From NCBI GenBank assembly GCA_000165345.1, contig CM000434.1, forward strand, positions 192,001 through 256,000: DNA of 64,000 nt. Direction: 5' to 3'. The notes below the pieces were generated by a model. That model worked only from the letters and a program-made list of their open reading frames with translations. It was not told where the DNA came from and searched no databases. Below are positions 33,398-44,184 of the stretch, piece after piece (position 1 is the stretch's first letter; every line of letters starts with the position of its first letter). A program made the translations under genes and the position numbers.

Positions 33398-36300
33398 GTG
33401 AATACAAGAGTGAAAGAAATGTCAGCTTTATTCTCGTTAAATTTTAGAAACCAAAACAAATCAAAGCAGGAAAAGGAGGAAAACTTGACTAAAGAGACAA
33501 AAATAGAAAAAATAGAAGTCATGGAATCAAATTTTCAAAAGAATACAGAAAATATGAAATTTACGATTAAAAATGAACAGGTAGAAGATCAACAAGCAGA
33601 TATTTCTATACAAATAAAGGAGTCAAATAATGATAATGAAAAAGATTGTGTGCTTTTACATTCTGATACTTTGAGTAAATACCAAAAACAAAATCTTGAA
33701 ACTTTTGACCCTATAAACTCAAAATGGTACACAGAATTTGACAAAAAGGGACGAATTTCCTGTGTAGGAAGTCATGGAAATATCCGTATTTTAGCTGGGG
33801 ATACTTTAGCTTTAAGATTATATAATGGTACAATTCAAGGTGAGAGCTTTGTTATTACCATAGAAGATTTCTTTGGAAATAGAAAGATTATTCCTCCAAA
33901 AGATACAGATTCTTTAGGAAATTTCTATTGGGACCTAAAAATAACTGAACCAGGCTCTGTTCAAATTTCTATTTCTGTTGTAAATTGCTTTCAAGAATCA
34001 AAAGAAATCATCCAAAAGCTTAATGATAATTTAATAACTAATACAATCATTGTAGAACCAAAACTATATATCAACAATAACTTTATCCCAAGCTCAGGAA
34101 TTTGTATGCAAACAATTCTTAGTCAATGTTTAGGTAATATTCAAAACTGGAAGAGACGCCTTGAAATTACTTCAAAGCTTAATTATAATATGGTTCACTT
34201 TACTCCTTTACAGATTTTTGGCCAATCTGGATCCTGTTATTCCCTAGCAAATCAAAATGAAATATCCTCTTTATTCTTTAATAATGAATTTGATAAAGAC
34301 CAAAGCCAAAATTTGACTAATAAAGATACAAAGTCTATTCAAAATGATACTGAGACTAAAAAAACTTATACACCTGAAGAAAAATATAATTTCCTTAAAC
34401 AAGTTATTAATGAGTTGGAAATAGACTATGGGATCTTATCTGCTTGTGATGTAGTTCTAAATCATACTGCAGATAATTCTCCTTGGTTAAAAGAGCATCC
34501 TGAATCCGGTTATAATTTGGATAACTCTCCTCATCTTACAGCAGCTGTTGAACTTGATCAAAAATTGCAAGAATTCTCAAGAAATATATATCACGGAAAA
34601 TATTTAAATTCATATGGGATTAACAAAAATATTAATAATATTCAAAATGTTGATTCAGTCATTTCAGCTTTAAAGAATGAGGTTATTAACCCTTTCAATA
34701 TTAAAGATTTCTTCACTCTAAATATTAATGAAATCATTCAAAATTCTAAAATGGGTAATTCTTCTCAATCTATATTAGATCCTAAACAAGAAAGAGAGTA
34801 CAATGATATGATTAAGAGAATCAATGAAAATGATACCTTTGAGAATAAAATCTATAATCTATCCCTCTTCTTTTCATGTTCAAGTAGATCCAAGAAAATC
34901 ACAATTCCATCATATATTCTTAAAAAGATGAATCTTTCAAATATTTCAGAAAATATATTGGAAAATGTTCAGAATAGACTCTTTGAGTTTTCTGAACAAA
35001 TTTCAAATAATATTTGTAACTCAATTAGAGGTCTGGTAGTTTGGGAAAGAGTTGAATGTAGCAAAGGGCCAATAGGACTGAATCACTGGGAATCATTAAC
35101 CCCAAGGTACTTTACCCCAATTGAAGATTCTCAAGGAAGGACTCACTATCTCGCAAATAACGGCTGGGTAATGGGATGGAATGCTAAAGAAGACTTTGCT
35201 GCTCCTGGATCTTTTGTTTATCTTAAAAGAGATTTGATTGTTTGGTCTGATTGTGTTAAGCTCAAATATGGAAACTGTGAATCAGAATCTACATTTCTAT
35301 GGAAATGGATGTCTGATTATTGTAAGAGTATTGCAAATATATTCCATGCAATTAGACTTGATAACTGCCACTCTACTCCTCTCCATGTTGCTAAACATAT
35401 GCTCAGAGTATGTAGGGAGACCAGACCAAATATATGGGTATATGCTGAACTTTTCACTGGTGACTACGAAGTAGATTTAGAATTTGAAAGAACTCTTGGA
35501 CTTAATGCTTTAATTAGAGAAGCTATGAGAGCTGAAACACCAGGATCTTTAGGGAATTACGTAAGCAACTATAGTACAGCTCCAATTGGAGGCTTATCCA
35601 CGGTTCCAAGTTTATTCCAAGCAGTTAATTCCGAGAATCTAAATAAAAAGAGTAACCAAGAAACTCTTATATCACTTCCTATACTGCAAGGAGCTAAACC
35701 TCTCAAGAGACTCTCATGTCCAGCAATCTTCTTTGATTGTACTCATGATAATGAAACTCCTTGCGAAATCCGTACTCCTATTGACACTTTACCAACAGCA
35801 GCTTTGGTTGCTTCAACTAATTGTGCTCTTGGCTCTACCAGAGGTTTTGATGAGATTGTACCTCATAATATTAGTGTAGTATCTGAAAGACGACTTTATC
35901 AAAACTATATTGTCAATGTTAATGGAGATGAAAAAAGTCAACCTAAAGGCAAAGAATCAATAGAATTAAGCTTAAGATCAAGATCTAATAGTTTTGGTCC
36001 ATTTCAGAAACTTGCTAGTAATTATCTCACAGAGCCTTCTACAATTAACTGGAACTTTGGAAAAATCAAAAGTAATAATTCCAATATCTCCACAGAAATT
36101 ACTGTTGAATGGAGACATCCTGCCAATACTGTTGAAATACGTGGAGATTGGGATGACTGGAAAGAAGGTATTCAACTTGAGAAACATCCAAACGGTAACT
36201 TTATCGCAAAACTCTTTATTAGGTTTGGAATGAAGCCAGAACAAACTCAAATTCATGATCAAGAAAGTAAGAGTCATAACTCATCCAAAATTATTTATCC

Positions 36301-39094
36301 AATTAACCATCGTCTACAATATGAATATAAGTACATTGTAGATGGGAATTGGATGCATGATCCAAATCTACCCTATACTTCAGATGATAAAGGAAATACC
36401 AATAATATTATTACACTATTAAAGAGGCAAAGATCTATTGCTATGGTATCAAAATGGAAGCATGGTGATCAGCTTCCTGGCATTATGAGTGCCAGAAAGA
36501 TTCTTAATAAGTTACACCAACAAATGGCTTTGTTTGGGTTCAATGAATCTCATGTACACTATCTCACTTCAGATATTTTGATGGTTCAGAGATATAATCC
36601 CAAGATCCAAGAAAATATCTACTTCATTACTCATTCTTCTTTTACTAGAAACAAGATTGATCAACTCCCAGAAACCATTGTATTGGATGGTTGTATTAAA
36701 GATATAGTCTTTGCCGGTTCTTTGTTTGTTCCAAACTACACTTCAGTATATAAAAATGATACAAATAGAATACATGGATTAGATTCAGAGCTTCATAAAT
36801 ACAAGAAACTTGAAGAAATCTCAGCCTACTCTTACGATCCTGTAAAGAATATTACCATTATAAACTTTAACAGATTCCCTCCTGGATCACTAGTAATACT
36901 TCATACAATCAGACATAAAGGATTTTCTGTTACTCAAAATGCATTATTGGAATTCTATAGAAATACACAACAAAGCTTACCAAAAATTCTTACCAATTGT
37001 CTGGAATCTGATCATTGTCATCCTTCTGATGCTATTAATTATATTCTATTTAGCTGTAACAACGAAGAACTTGACAGAAGCTCAGGAAGTAGAGGAGTAT
37101 ACAATGTTCCAAATCTTGGAGATTTTGTCTATTGTGGGATTTATAGCTGTATACATGCTTTTGATACTGCAAGAAAAATGGAAGATAATGGTACTAATCA
37201 TCCATTTGTTTTACATCTTAAACAAGGACCTTGGTATATTAATTATGTAATTCAAAGATTAAAGGAATATAAAGGTACTGGATTTAATGGACATAAAAAA
37301 TCTTATCCAAACTATTTGGAAAACTCAGAATCTGAGAATATTCGTCCATTATCAGAACTTGCCGAATGGATTGAGGTACAGTACTCTTTGATAAACAAAA
37401 TAGCAAATATACCAATAGAGTATATTATATCCTATATAGATATGATGTTTTCTTCCATTTACAGAAATATCTTATATTACGTTTTAAATAGTGACAAAAG
37501 TAAAGTTTTACTTGAAACAAGTTCAAAAGATATCTCAGACTTCCTATTAAAACAAGATCCTTTATATATTCATCTTCAACTAGCTACTTATCAGGTATAT
37601 TCTTATGTACCATCATCTCCTTTAATTTGGAATTCCAAGATCCCATCTATTTCTGCAGGACTCCCTCACTTTTCAACAGGATTCATGAGAAGTTGGGGAA
37701 GAGATACATTTATTGCATTTAATGGTATTTTAATTTCTTCTAAAAGATATTTAGAAGCAAAACAAGAGATTCTTGGAGTTGCAAGGCTGATGAGGCATGG
37801 TTTAATTCCAAATCTGATAGACTCTGGAAATAGGCCGAGATATAATGCAAGAGATGCAACATGGTTCTTTTTGAATGCAGCTCTTGATTATTGTGTTAAT
37901 ATCCCAAATGGATATCAAATCCTAAATGAGGATATTGAACTTAGATTCACATTAAATCTTGAGGAAGATTTGTCAAAGTTCAAGGAAGCTTTTGAATGGC
38001 TAAAAATTAAATTTGATTATACTCAAAGTGAAAGAAAGGACCTTAAAAATATTCGAATACTTAAATTTTCCGATATTATACAATATATTATGGTAAAACA
38101 CGTTGTAGGTATTAAATTTAGAGAGGAAAATGCTGGAGTTCAGTTGGATGAGCAAATGACGGACTTGGGATTCAATATTGAAGTAAATTGGGACCCTTCT
38201 AATGGTTTAATTTTTGGTGGAAATATCCATAACTGTGGAACCTGGATGGATAAGATGGGTTCATCTGTGAAAGCTAATAATAAAGGAATTCCATCTTCTC
38301 CAAGAGATGGAGCAGACATTGAAATAATTGCTCTTTTATATTCATGTATTAATCATCTAATTACCCTTCAAAATTTAAATAGATTCCCTCATAAAGGAGT
38401 GACTCATCCAGGTTCTGGTTACATTTCTTATTCAGACTGGTCAAAACTTATTAAAACAAACTTTGAACGTTGTTTCTATATTCCTTCTTGCGATAGTAAT
38501 GAATATTATGTTGACAGTAAAATTGTGAATAGAAGAGAAATTTATAAAGATACTTTCAAATCAACCCATGGATGGACAGACTATCAACTCAGATGTAATC
38601 TTGCTGTAGCAATTGGTGTTTCAAAAGATCTATTTGATCATGAGCATGCTATTAAAAGTATTGAAGCTGTTGAGAAGTATTTATTCTCTCCAAATATGCT
38701 TGGAATTAAGACATTAGATCCATCAGATTATAATTATAGGCCTAATTATGATAATTCTAATGATTCTGAAGATTATAAAATAGCTCATGGATTTAACTAT
38801 CATCAAGGTCCTGAATGGGTTTGGCCTATGGGACATTTTCTTATGGCAAAATATCAACTCTTAAAGGAAAAATACGAAAAAACTATTAGTACTGAAAAAG
38901 CCACCAAGTTAGCTATTTCTGAAACAATGAAATATCTGATGAACCATAGAAATCACATAATTTCGGACCAATGGGGTTCTTTGCCAGAGCTCACTAATGA
39001 CAACGGATCATTTTGCAAAGATAGTTGTTTTGCCCAAGCTTGGTCAGTTGGTACCATTTTGTATTTCCTTACATCTGTAATGAATAATCAATAG
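33398..39094 (+). CDS. Glycogen/amylopectin debranching enzyme, combining 4-alpha-glucanotransferase and amylo-1,6-glucosidase. It carries an internal AMPK-beta-type CBM48 glycogen-binding module. 1898 aa.
   Basis: The first in-frame ATG is about 33419; the ORF-track start is a GTG. The transferase region matches GDE (DNCHSTPLHVAKHMLRVCRETRPNIWVYAELFTGDYEVDLEFERTLGLNALIREAMRA). The glucosidase region matches GDE (GFMRSWGRDTFIAFNGILISSKRYLEAKQEILGVARLMRHGLIPNLIDSGNRPRYNARDATWFFLNAALDYC). The CBM48-like block is WRHPANTVEIRGDWDDWKEG...YEYKYIVDGNWMHDPNLPYTSDDKGNTNNII. Confidence 0.85.
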   Translation: MNTRVKEMSALFSLNFRNQNKSKQEKEENLTKETKIEKIEVMESNFQKNTENMKFTIKNEQVEDQQADISIQIKESNNDNEKDCVLLHSDTLSKYQKQNLETFDPINSKWYTEFDKKGRISCVGSHGNIRILAGDTLALRLYNGTIQGESFVITIEDFFGNRKIIPPKDTDSLGNFYWDLKITEPGSVQISISVVNCFQESKEIIQKLNDNLITNTIIVEPKLYINNNFIPSSGICMQTILSQCLGNIQNWKRRLEITSKLNYNMVHFTPLQIFGQSGSCYSLANQNEISSLFFNNEFDKDQSQNLTNKDTKSIQNDTETKKTYTPEEKYNFLKQVINELEIDYGILSACDVVLNHTADNSPWLKEHPESGYNLDNSPHLTAAVELDQKLQEFSRNIYHGKYLNSYGINKNINNIQNVDSVISALKNEVINPFNIKDFFTLNINEIIQNSKMGNSSQSILDPKQEREYNDMIKRINENDTFENKIYNLSLFFSCSSRSKKITIPSYILKKMNLSNISENILENVQNRLFEFSEQISNNICNSIRGLVVWERVECSKGPIGLNHWESLTPRYFTPIEDSQGRTHYLANNGWVMGWNAKEDFAAPGSFVYLKRDLIVWSDCVKLKYGNCESESTFLWKWMSDYCKSIANIFHAIRLDNCHSTPLHVAKHMLRVCRETRPNIWVYAELFTGDYEVDLEFERTLGLNALIREAMRAETPGSLGNYVSNYSTAPIGGLSTVPSLFQAVNSENLNKKSNQETLISLPILQGAKPLKRLSCPAIFFDCTHDNETPCEIRTPIDTLPTAALVASTNCALGSTRGFDEIVPHNISVVSERRLYQNYIVNVNGDEKSQPKGKESIELSLRSRSNSFGPFQKLASNYLTEPSTINWNFGKIKSNNSNISTEITVEWRHPANTVEIRGDWDDWKEGIQLEKHPNGNFIAKLFIRFGMKPEQTQIHDQESKSHNSSKIIYPINHRLQYEYKYIVDGNWMHDPNLPYTSDDKGNTNNIITLLKRQRSIAMVSKWKHGDQLPGIMSARKILNKLHQQMALFGFNESHVHYLTSDILMVQRYNPKIQENIYFITHSSFTRNKIDQLPETIVLDGCIKDIVFAGSLFVPNYTSVYKNDTNRIHGLDSELHKYKKLEEISAYSYDPVKNITIINFNRFPPGSLVILHTIRHKGFSVTQNALLEFYRNTQQSLPKILTNCLESDHCHPSDAINYILFSCNNEELDRSSGSRGVYNVPNLGDFVYCGIYSCIHAFDTARKMEDNGTNHPFVLHLKQGPWYINYVIQRLKEYKGTGFNGHKKSYPNYLENSESENIRPLSELAEWIEVQYSLINKIANIPIEYIISYIDMMFSSIYRNILYYVLNSDKSKVLLETSSKDISDFLLKQDPLYIHLQLATYQVYSYVPSSPLIWNSKIPSISAGLPHFSTGFMRSWGRDTFIAFNGILISSKRYLEAKQEILGVARLMRHGLIPNLIDSGNRPRYNARDATWFFLNAALDYCVNIPNGYQILNEDIELRFTLNLEEDLSKFKEAFEWLKIKFDYTQSERKDLKNIRILKFSDIIQYIMVKHVVGIKFREENAGVQLDEQMTDLGFNIEVNWDPSNGLIFGGNIHNCGTWMDKMGSSVKANNKGIPSSPRDGADIEIIALLYSCINHLITLQNLNRFPHKGVTHPGSGYISYSDWSKLIKTNFERCFYIPSCDSNEYYVDSKIVNRREIYKDTFKSTHGWTDYQLRCNLAVAIGVSKDLFDHEHAIKSIEAVEKYLFSPNMLGIKTLDPSDYNYRPNYDNSNDSEDYKIAHGFNYHQGPEWVWPMGHFLMAKYQLLKEKYEKTISTEKATKLAISETMKYLMNHRNHIISDQWGSLPELTNDNGSFCKDSCFAQAWSVGTILYFLTSVMNNQ

Positions 39095-39820
39095 ATAACA
39101 ATCCTAAACATTTTCTTCTATCTTTCTTCTTAAAAAATATTCATTTTAATAATCAATGTTAGTTAAAAAAGTTTGTAAAATTTTAATTTAAAAAGCTATC
39201 CATTTTCATTTTTTCTTTTTTAATTATATTTTATATTATTGCATAAATTGCATGTTGAATTATGAATTTTGTCTTTATTTTTGACACGTAATTGCATGTG
39301 GACATTAATAATAATAAATTATTAGGAACAAATAAGAGGTTAATTAATGATCTAACTTTTTTCCTTTTTTAAGAAGAGATTTAAATCATTTTTCCAATCA
39401 ATTGTTATTAATTTAGTTAATTATTTTTATTAATAGCTCTAAATTCATTCAAACCAAGTAAATTAAATGGATAAATGTGTGTGCAGGAGAGAATAATAAA
39501 AGAAAAAAAGTATTATGAGTGAAATTAGGTCAAATAAGAACGAAAATATCGAAGATATAATTAGATTTTATGAAAAGAGTAAGTTTAGATGTAAAACAAA
39601 TTTGATGGACAAAAAATAATATTAACAAAACTTTTTTTGTGTGGAAAATGAATTTTTTGTATTTATATTAAGTAATACAATCACAAAAAAAAACAGTAAG
39701 TTGCATGCAAATATAAATATTATTTATTTTTAATAAAATAATTAAACAAAATATATATTTCTACATATATATATTTGTTCGGATAAATAGAATCAGAGTC
39801 TACTAAATGAAAACATAAGA

Positions 39821-40396
39821 TTGAGAGCGAAAATAAGGAATGAGTATTTAAAACAAAATGAAGAGACATCTGGAAATATAATGCTTTCAACTCCTCCACA
39901 GCTAAGCCAAATAAGAAGAGTAAAATTTCAACCAACACTATCACCAATTGCACAGTCTCCATTATCGGAAAATGTAAGTAAATCATCTCCAAAGATTGAA
40001 AAAGAAATGAAGAATATTGGGACTCAGACAGATTTAGTGGAATTAAAGGCAATATCTAAAGTTTGTGAAAATAGGATAGAAATTAAAACAAAAGAAGATT
40101 CGATCGATGAAACAGAAAACCAATATGAATTGGACGAAATTAAGAGTATTAATACTGGAGAAATTATGATAAATTATAACAAGATTAAAGAGAATCAGAA
40201 ACAAAGGATGAACCAATTTGAAGCAAATCCAGAAAAAGATATACAAACAAAAAAATATTCTCTAAGAGAGAATTCAAGATCAATCACTTATACTGTTCCT
40301 TCTTTAAGGGTAAAATTAAGAAGAGATACAGAAAAACCAGAATATAATCCTTTTAAAACACATAATTACTTTAAACCAAAAAAAATTCTGAATTAA
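39821..40396 (+). CDS. Hypothetical ~190-aa basic protein with an RVxF-type motif (RRVKFQP). It is a possible PP1-interacting protein. The 5' end is uncertain.
   Basis: The ORF-track start is a TTG. The frame stays open upstream to ~39788. A candidate ATG exon lies at ~39515-39578 followed by GTAAGT, but no acceptor restores the frame, so the gene model is unresolved. Confidence 0.3.
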   Translation: MRAKIRNEYLKQNEETSGNIMLSTPPQLSQIRRVKFQPTLSPIAQSPLSENVSKSSPKIEKEMKNIGTQTDLVELKAISKVCENRIEIKTKEDSIDETENQYELDEIKSINTGEIMINYNKIKENQKQRMNQFEANPEKDIQTKKYSLRENSRSITYTVPSLRVKLRRDTEKPEYNPFKTHNYFKPKKILN

Positions 40397-40436
40397 AGGT
40401 ATTTATTGAGAGATAAAGAAGAAAAAATAGTATTAA

Positions 40437-42578
40437 TTAATAAATAATTTGAGAATCTTTTTCGGAAATATTAAGAGGTAATAAAATATTGACATATTTA
40501 TCTTTAGATATAGATTTGAAAAAGCTTGCATTCTTCCAAGAAACTCCATTTTTTTTATAAATAGATTCAGGATCATCTTTTCCAGTATAATGGGGATCTA
40601 CCAACAAATATTGGACATTATTAGGGTTAAAAGGAGAAGAAGGATCTTTTGAAATTTGAATTGCTACTAATAAATACGAATAATCTCCAATACTAAGAAT
40701 TATTGGTGTTGAGACATTTTGAAAATGATCAGAAATTGTATTATAATCTTTAAGAAATTCTTCAATATCATAAAAGTATTTTAATTTACAAGAAATTCCA
40801 AGATACATCATTAAAAGATATGAAGCTTCAACAGTTCCAATCCAAATTTTTGATCCAATTTCAAGGTTGCTATGTGTTGGATCATTTTTTCTTAAGAAAT
40901 CTTGAATTTCTGGTATTGTCAAAATATGTTTATTAGTATAATTATTAATAAGGTACCAACTAAATACCATTTGAAGAGATCTATAAGTACAACCCCAACC
41001 AATATCTTTGAAATTATCATGATTATAATGATAATAGTAAAAATCTCCATAACATTGGTAAATTATAGGTAGTTTTAATTTTTGTTTTCTTGGGTAATTT
41101 GGATCTAAATTCAAATCAAAATTTCCATCAAAATCTAATTCAAGATCTTGATCTAAATCTAAATCTAAACCATTATTAATAAATTCTTCCGAGTCTGTTT
41201 TATTCTTATTTAGATCAAAATTAGTTTTTTTGTCTTTTATCTTTGAATTTTTTAATTTCATTTGTTCAATCAGAAATAAATGTGGTGAGACAAGCTTGTC
41301 GTGATAGTATTTAATATTTTCTGGTTCATTCTTAGGCTTTGGAATTAGTGCAAGATTCTTAGTAATGGATGGTATTAAGGGATAAATATTGAGTATATTT
41401 GACCAAAGCTTTCTAAGAGCTTTTTTGTCAGAGTTATTTTCAAATAGAATTCCAGTATTAAGAAGAGTTATTGGGAAAGAAATATGGGAAACTTTGAATA
41501 AATAAAATTCAAATTCATAGTTATCTGAAAATGTTGTTGATGAAGAATAAAGTTGTGAATAATAAAAAAGACGAGTTGGATTATTTACCCTTTCTTTAAT
41601 GTAATTACATTGGTTAATGAAACATTTTTTAATCGTATTTTGAAAAGACATTAACTCATCATTATCCTTGAGCTTAAAGATACAGGCTTGGAGATGTAAG
41701 TTAATTTTCTGAAAAGATTTCTCATCATTATTAGTAATTGTATAGGATGTAAAGAAATGAGAATTTGAATTTTCATTCGAATTTGATTCAATATGTTGAA
41801 TATTTTGAGAAAAAAAGACTGGAATTTGTATTGGGAAAGAATTCAAATCTTTGTTGATGAATTTGTAATTTTTATTGTAATTATAGATATTTAAAAATTG
41901 ATGATAATTATTATTGAGAGAATTTGGGGTTTGTACAACCAAATTTGATTCAATAATTTCTTCAATAGATGAAATATTTGAATCAATTTGGTTACTTTCG
42001 TGGGAATTTGTAGATAAAATTGGCAAAGAAATATGAATTTCACAAGAGTAAAATTGTCCAATTTCTGAAAGATCCTTAATCATCTTTATTCTTGAATCAG
42101 GAATCAAATAATTTGCATTTTGATTTATTAGAAAAATCTTTAATGATGATATAACTGAAAGAATATTAAAATCTGGAACAATCACTAAATTTGGAAAGTC
42201 ATTTGGATTCCAAAACTTTCCATATTTATTATTATGTTTTTTATAATCCACTTTAATTATATTAATCCATTCTGAACAATCTGATTTGCTTTGTATTGAA
42301 CCTAAAATTGTAAATCCTTCAGGTAAACTAATTATTATATCTTCAATAAATTCAGTAATAGATTTGTCCCAATCCAAACAGTTGAGTTTAACAACATCTG
42401 ATATTATCACTATATTTCTATTAGAAATTCTGTTTTTCTTATAGTACCCTATTGCAAAATATTTAGCATTAATTGATTCTCCAATTTCATCTTGAGCAAT
42501 TTCAAGTCTATTCAAGTTGTTTAAGAGGCTATCCAATATGTAAATATCAAAGTTTTCCAGTTCATTTATTATACTCAT
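40437..42578 (-). CDS. Ufm1-specific protease-like cysteine peptidase (family C78), with a long N-terminal non-catalytic region. 713 aa.
   Basis: The C-terminal catalytic block shows the C78 Cys box (GWGCTYRSLQMVFSW) and the downstream DPHYTG motif (LVDPHYTGKDD), as recalled for UfSP1/2. This rests on memory, not on a search. Confidence 0.5.
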   Translation of the reverse strand: MSIINELENFDIYILDSLLNNLNRLEIAQDEIGESINAKYFAIGYYKKNRISNRNIVIISDVVKLNCLDWDKSITEFIEDIIISLPEGFTILGSIQSKSDCSEWINIIKVDYKKHNNKYGKFWNPNDFPNLVIVPDFNILSVISSLKIFLINQNANYLIPDSRIKMIKDLSEIGQFYSCEIHISLPILSTNSHESNQIDSNISSIEEIIESNLVVQTPNSLNNNYHQFLNIYNYNKNYKFINKDLNSFPIQIPVFFSQNIQHIESNSNENSNSHFFTSYTITNNDEKSFQKINLHLQACIFKLKDNDELMSFQNTIKKCFINQCNYIKERVNNPTRLFYYSQLYSSSTTFSDNYEFEFYLFKVSHISFPITLLNTGILFENNSDKKALRKLWSNILNIYPLIPSITKNLALIPKPKNEPENIKYYHDKLVSPHLFLIEQMKLKNSKIKDKKTNFDLNKNKTDSEEFINNGLDLDLDQDLELDFDGNFDLNLDPNYPRKQKLKLPIIYQCYGDFYYYHYNHDNFKDIGWGCTYRSLQMVFSWYLINNYTNKHILTIPEIQDFLRKNDPTHSNLEIGSKIWIGTVEASYLLMMYLGISCKLKYFYDIEEFLKDYNTISDHFQNVSTPIILSIGDYSYLLVAIQISKDPSSPFNPNNVQYLLVDPHYTGKDDPESIYKKNGVSWKNASFFKSISKDKYVNILLPLNISEKDSQIIY

Positions 42579-43126
42579 TTTAACCTTGTTATTTAATTCC
42601 AGTTATTTGTTTATCATTTAATCAAAGATTAGCTTTTTATTCTTGAAAATATTATTTAAATACAAACAGTTGGGGGAAAAAAAATTATCACCTTGTTTGG
42701 AGTTATTAATATTATTTAGTTAGAAAATTTCTTTAAACTTGTTGAATTAGTTTTAGAGATAGAGGAGGGAAATTAGCCAAGATATATGATTCGAAGGAAA
42801 AAAAAGGCTTAAATTTTGTACTTTATTTCAAAATATGCCAACTCGAGATTTCTTTTCAAAAGTTTTCTAAAAACTAACAAGGCTAATTAATATATTAGAC
42901 ACATTCCATTCCAGTCATTATGAAAAGAGAGAAAGAAAGAAAAAAAAGAAAAGTCAAACTATACTACTTAAATTCAATCCCAGACCTTAAGGGGGGTGGG
43001 GTAGTAAAAGGCGGCAGAATTAGAAGAAAAAATAAAATGAATTTTGCCATAAAAATTGTGAGGCATGGCGCCAAAATTGTCACAAAAATAATTCATGTAA
43101 AGATTAAAAAATTAAAATATAATAAG

Positions 43127-43531
43127 TTATAATTCAGACTTTGCAGAACCATCATAATTGTTGATAATAAAGAATTTGATAATATATTTGATGGCCTTAA
43201 ATATAAGGATAATGGGTTTTTGGATTAAAATGTAGATGATACCTAGTCTACGAAAAATAATGTATAGGGAAACAATTATAAGGAAATAAAATGAGTACCA
43301 TAAAAAGAGGGTTTCTTGCTCAGATTTCTTTTTGATAGTTTTGAATTTCTGAAAATTACTTGCGAGTTTATCACCATACTGCTTATAAGTATCGTTTGCA
43401 TTTAATAGTGAATTCTTATCTTCAGTAAGAATTTGTTCAGATTTATGAAAGCGGTCGACTTCCTGTTTCATCTTATTTTTGGTCTCAAAAAGCTGGTTTT
43501 GCAATTCGGTTGATTCTTGATCTTCACTCAT
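43127..43531 (-). CDS. Small tail-anchored membrane protein (134 aa). It has an N-terminal coiled coil, a basic linker and a C-terminal TM, and may be a Qc-SNARE. The 3' end may be over-extended.
   Basis: ATG present. A heptad-like segment ELQNQLFETKNKMKQEVDRFHKSEQ...KLASNFQKFKTIKKK is immediately followed by the TM LFLWYSFYFLIIVSLYIIF. Confidence 0.3.
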   Translation of the reverse strand: MSEDQESTELQNQLFETKNKMKQEVDRFHKSEQILTEDKNSLLNANDTYKQYGDKLASNFQKFKTIKKKSEQETLFLWYSFYFLIIVSLYIIFRRLGIIYILIQKPIILIFKAIKYIIKFFIINNYDGSAKSEL

Positions 43532-44184
43532 CTTTTATTTATGCAATTATTTCTTGGGGTTTCGATCCTTTTTTAATTGTTATCTTCTTCTTTCCTCTTT
43601 TTTCTTTTCCCTTTTGCTTTCCTCCTTTTAAAATTGGGATTCTCAGTAATATATTTATTTCACTTCAAAATGTAAAATTAATGATTGGCATGTGCCCGCC
43701 TTTTTTTTTGTTATTGATTTAGAGGGTAAGTTAAAAGTAATTAATAAATAATAAATATAAATAGTGAAAATAAGCAGAAAATAAGATAAAGGGGAAAAAT
43801 AAAATTTGTGGGAAAATAACAAATATCAGAAGAAACAAAGAAGAGAAAAAAGAGAATATTTAATATTGAGGAGATTTATTAGTGAAGAATAAATCAAAGG
43901 ACAAAGATTGTGATATTACTGCTACTAAGGAGATATATATATATACATATATTTTTTTTTTCTTCTTTTTTATTAATTTTGAAAAGAAATATCCCCAAAA
44001 CTATAAATTGGAAGGATCTTACAAAGTAAATTGATAAAATAAGAAAAAGAGTCAATATTAGTAAAGAGGAATTATTTTTGAGTAAATATATTGTAATAAA
44101 TAGAAGTAATTCTGTATTTATAAATAATTTAACAAATACTAATTTATAACTTGTTTGGATTATTTAAAATAAAGAAAGGAGAAG

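Noticed and set aside
43127-43240. The long 35-aa luminal tail after the TM of the small tail-anchored protein.
   Set aside because: It could be real, or it could be read-through of an unrecognised intron, although a weak GTATCA donor follows ...RRLG. I could not decide from sequence alone, so the 3' end is flagged as uncertain rather than remodelled.
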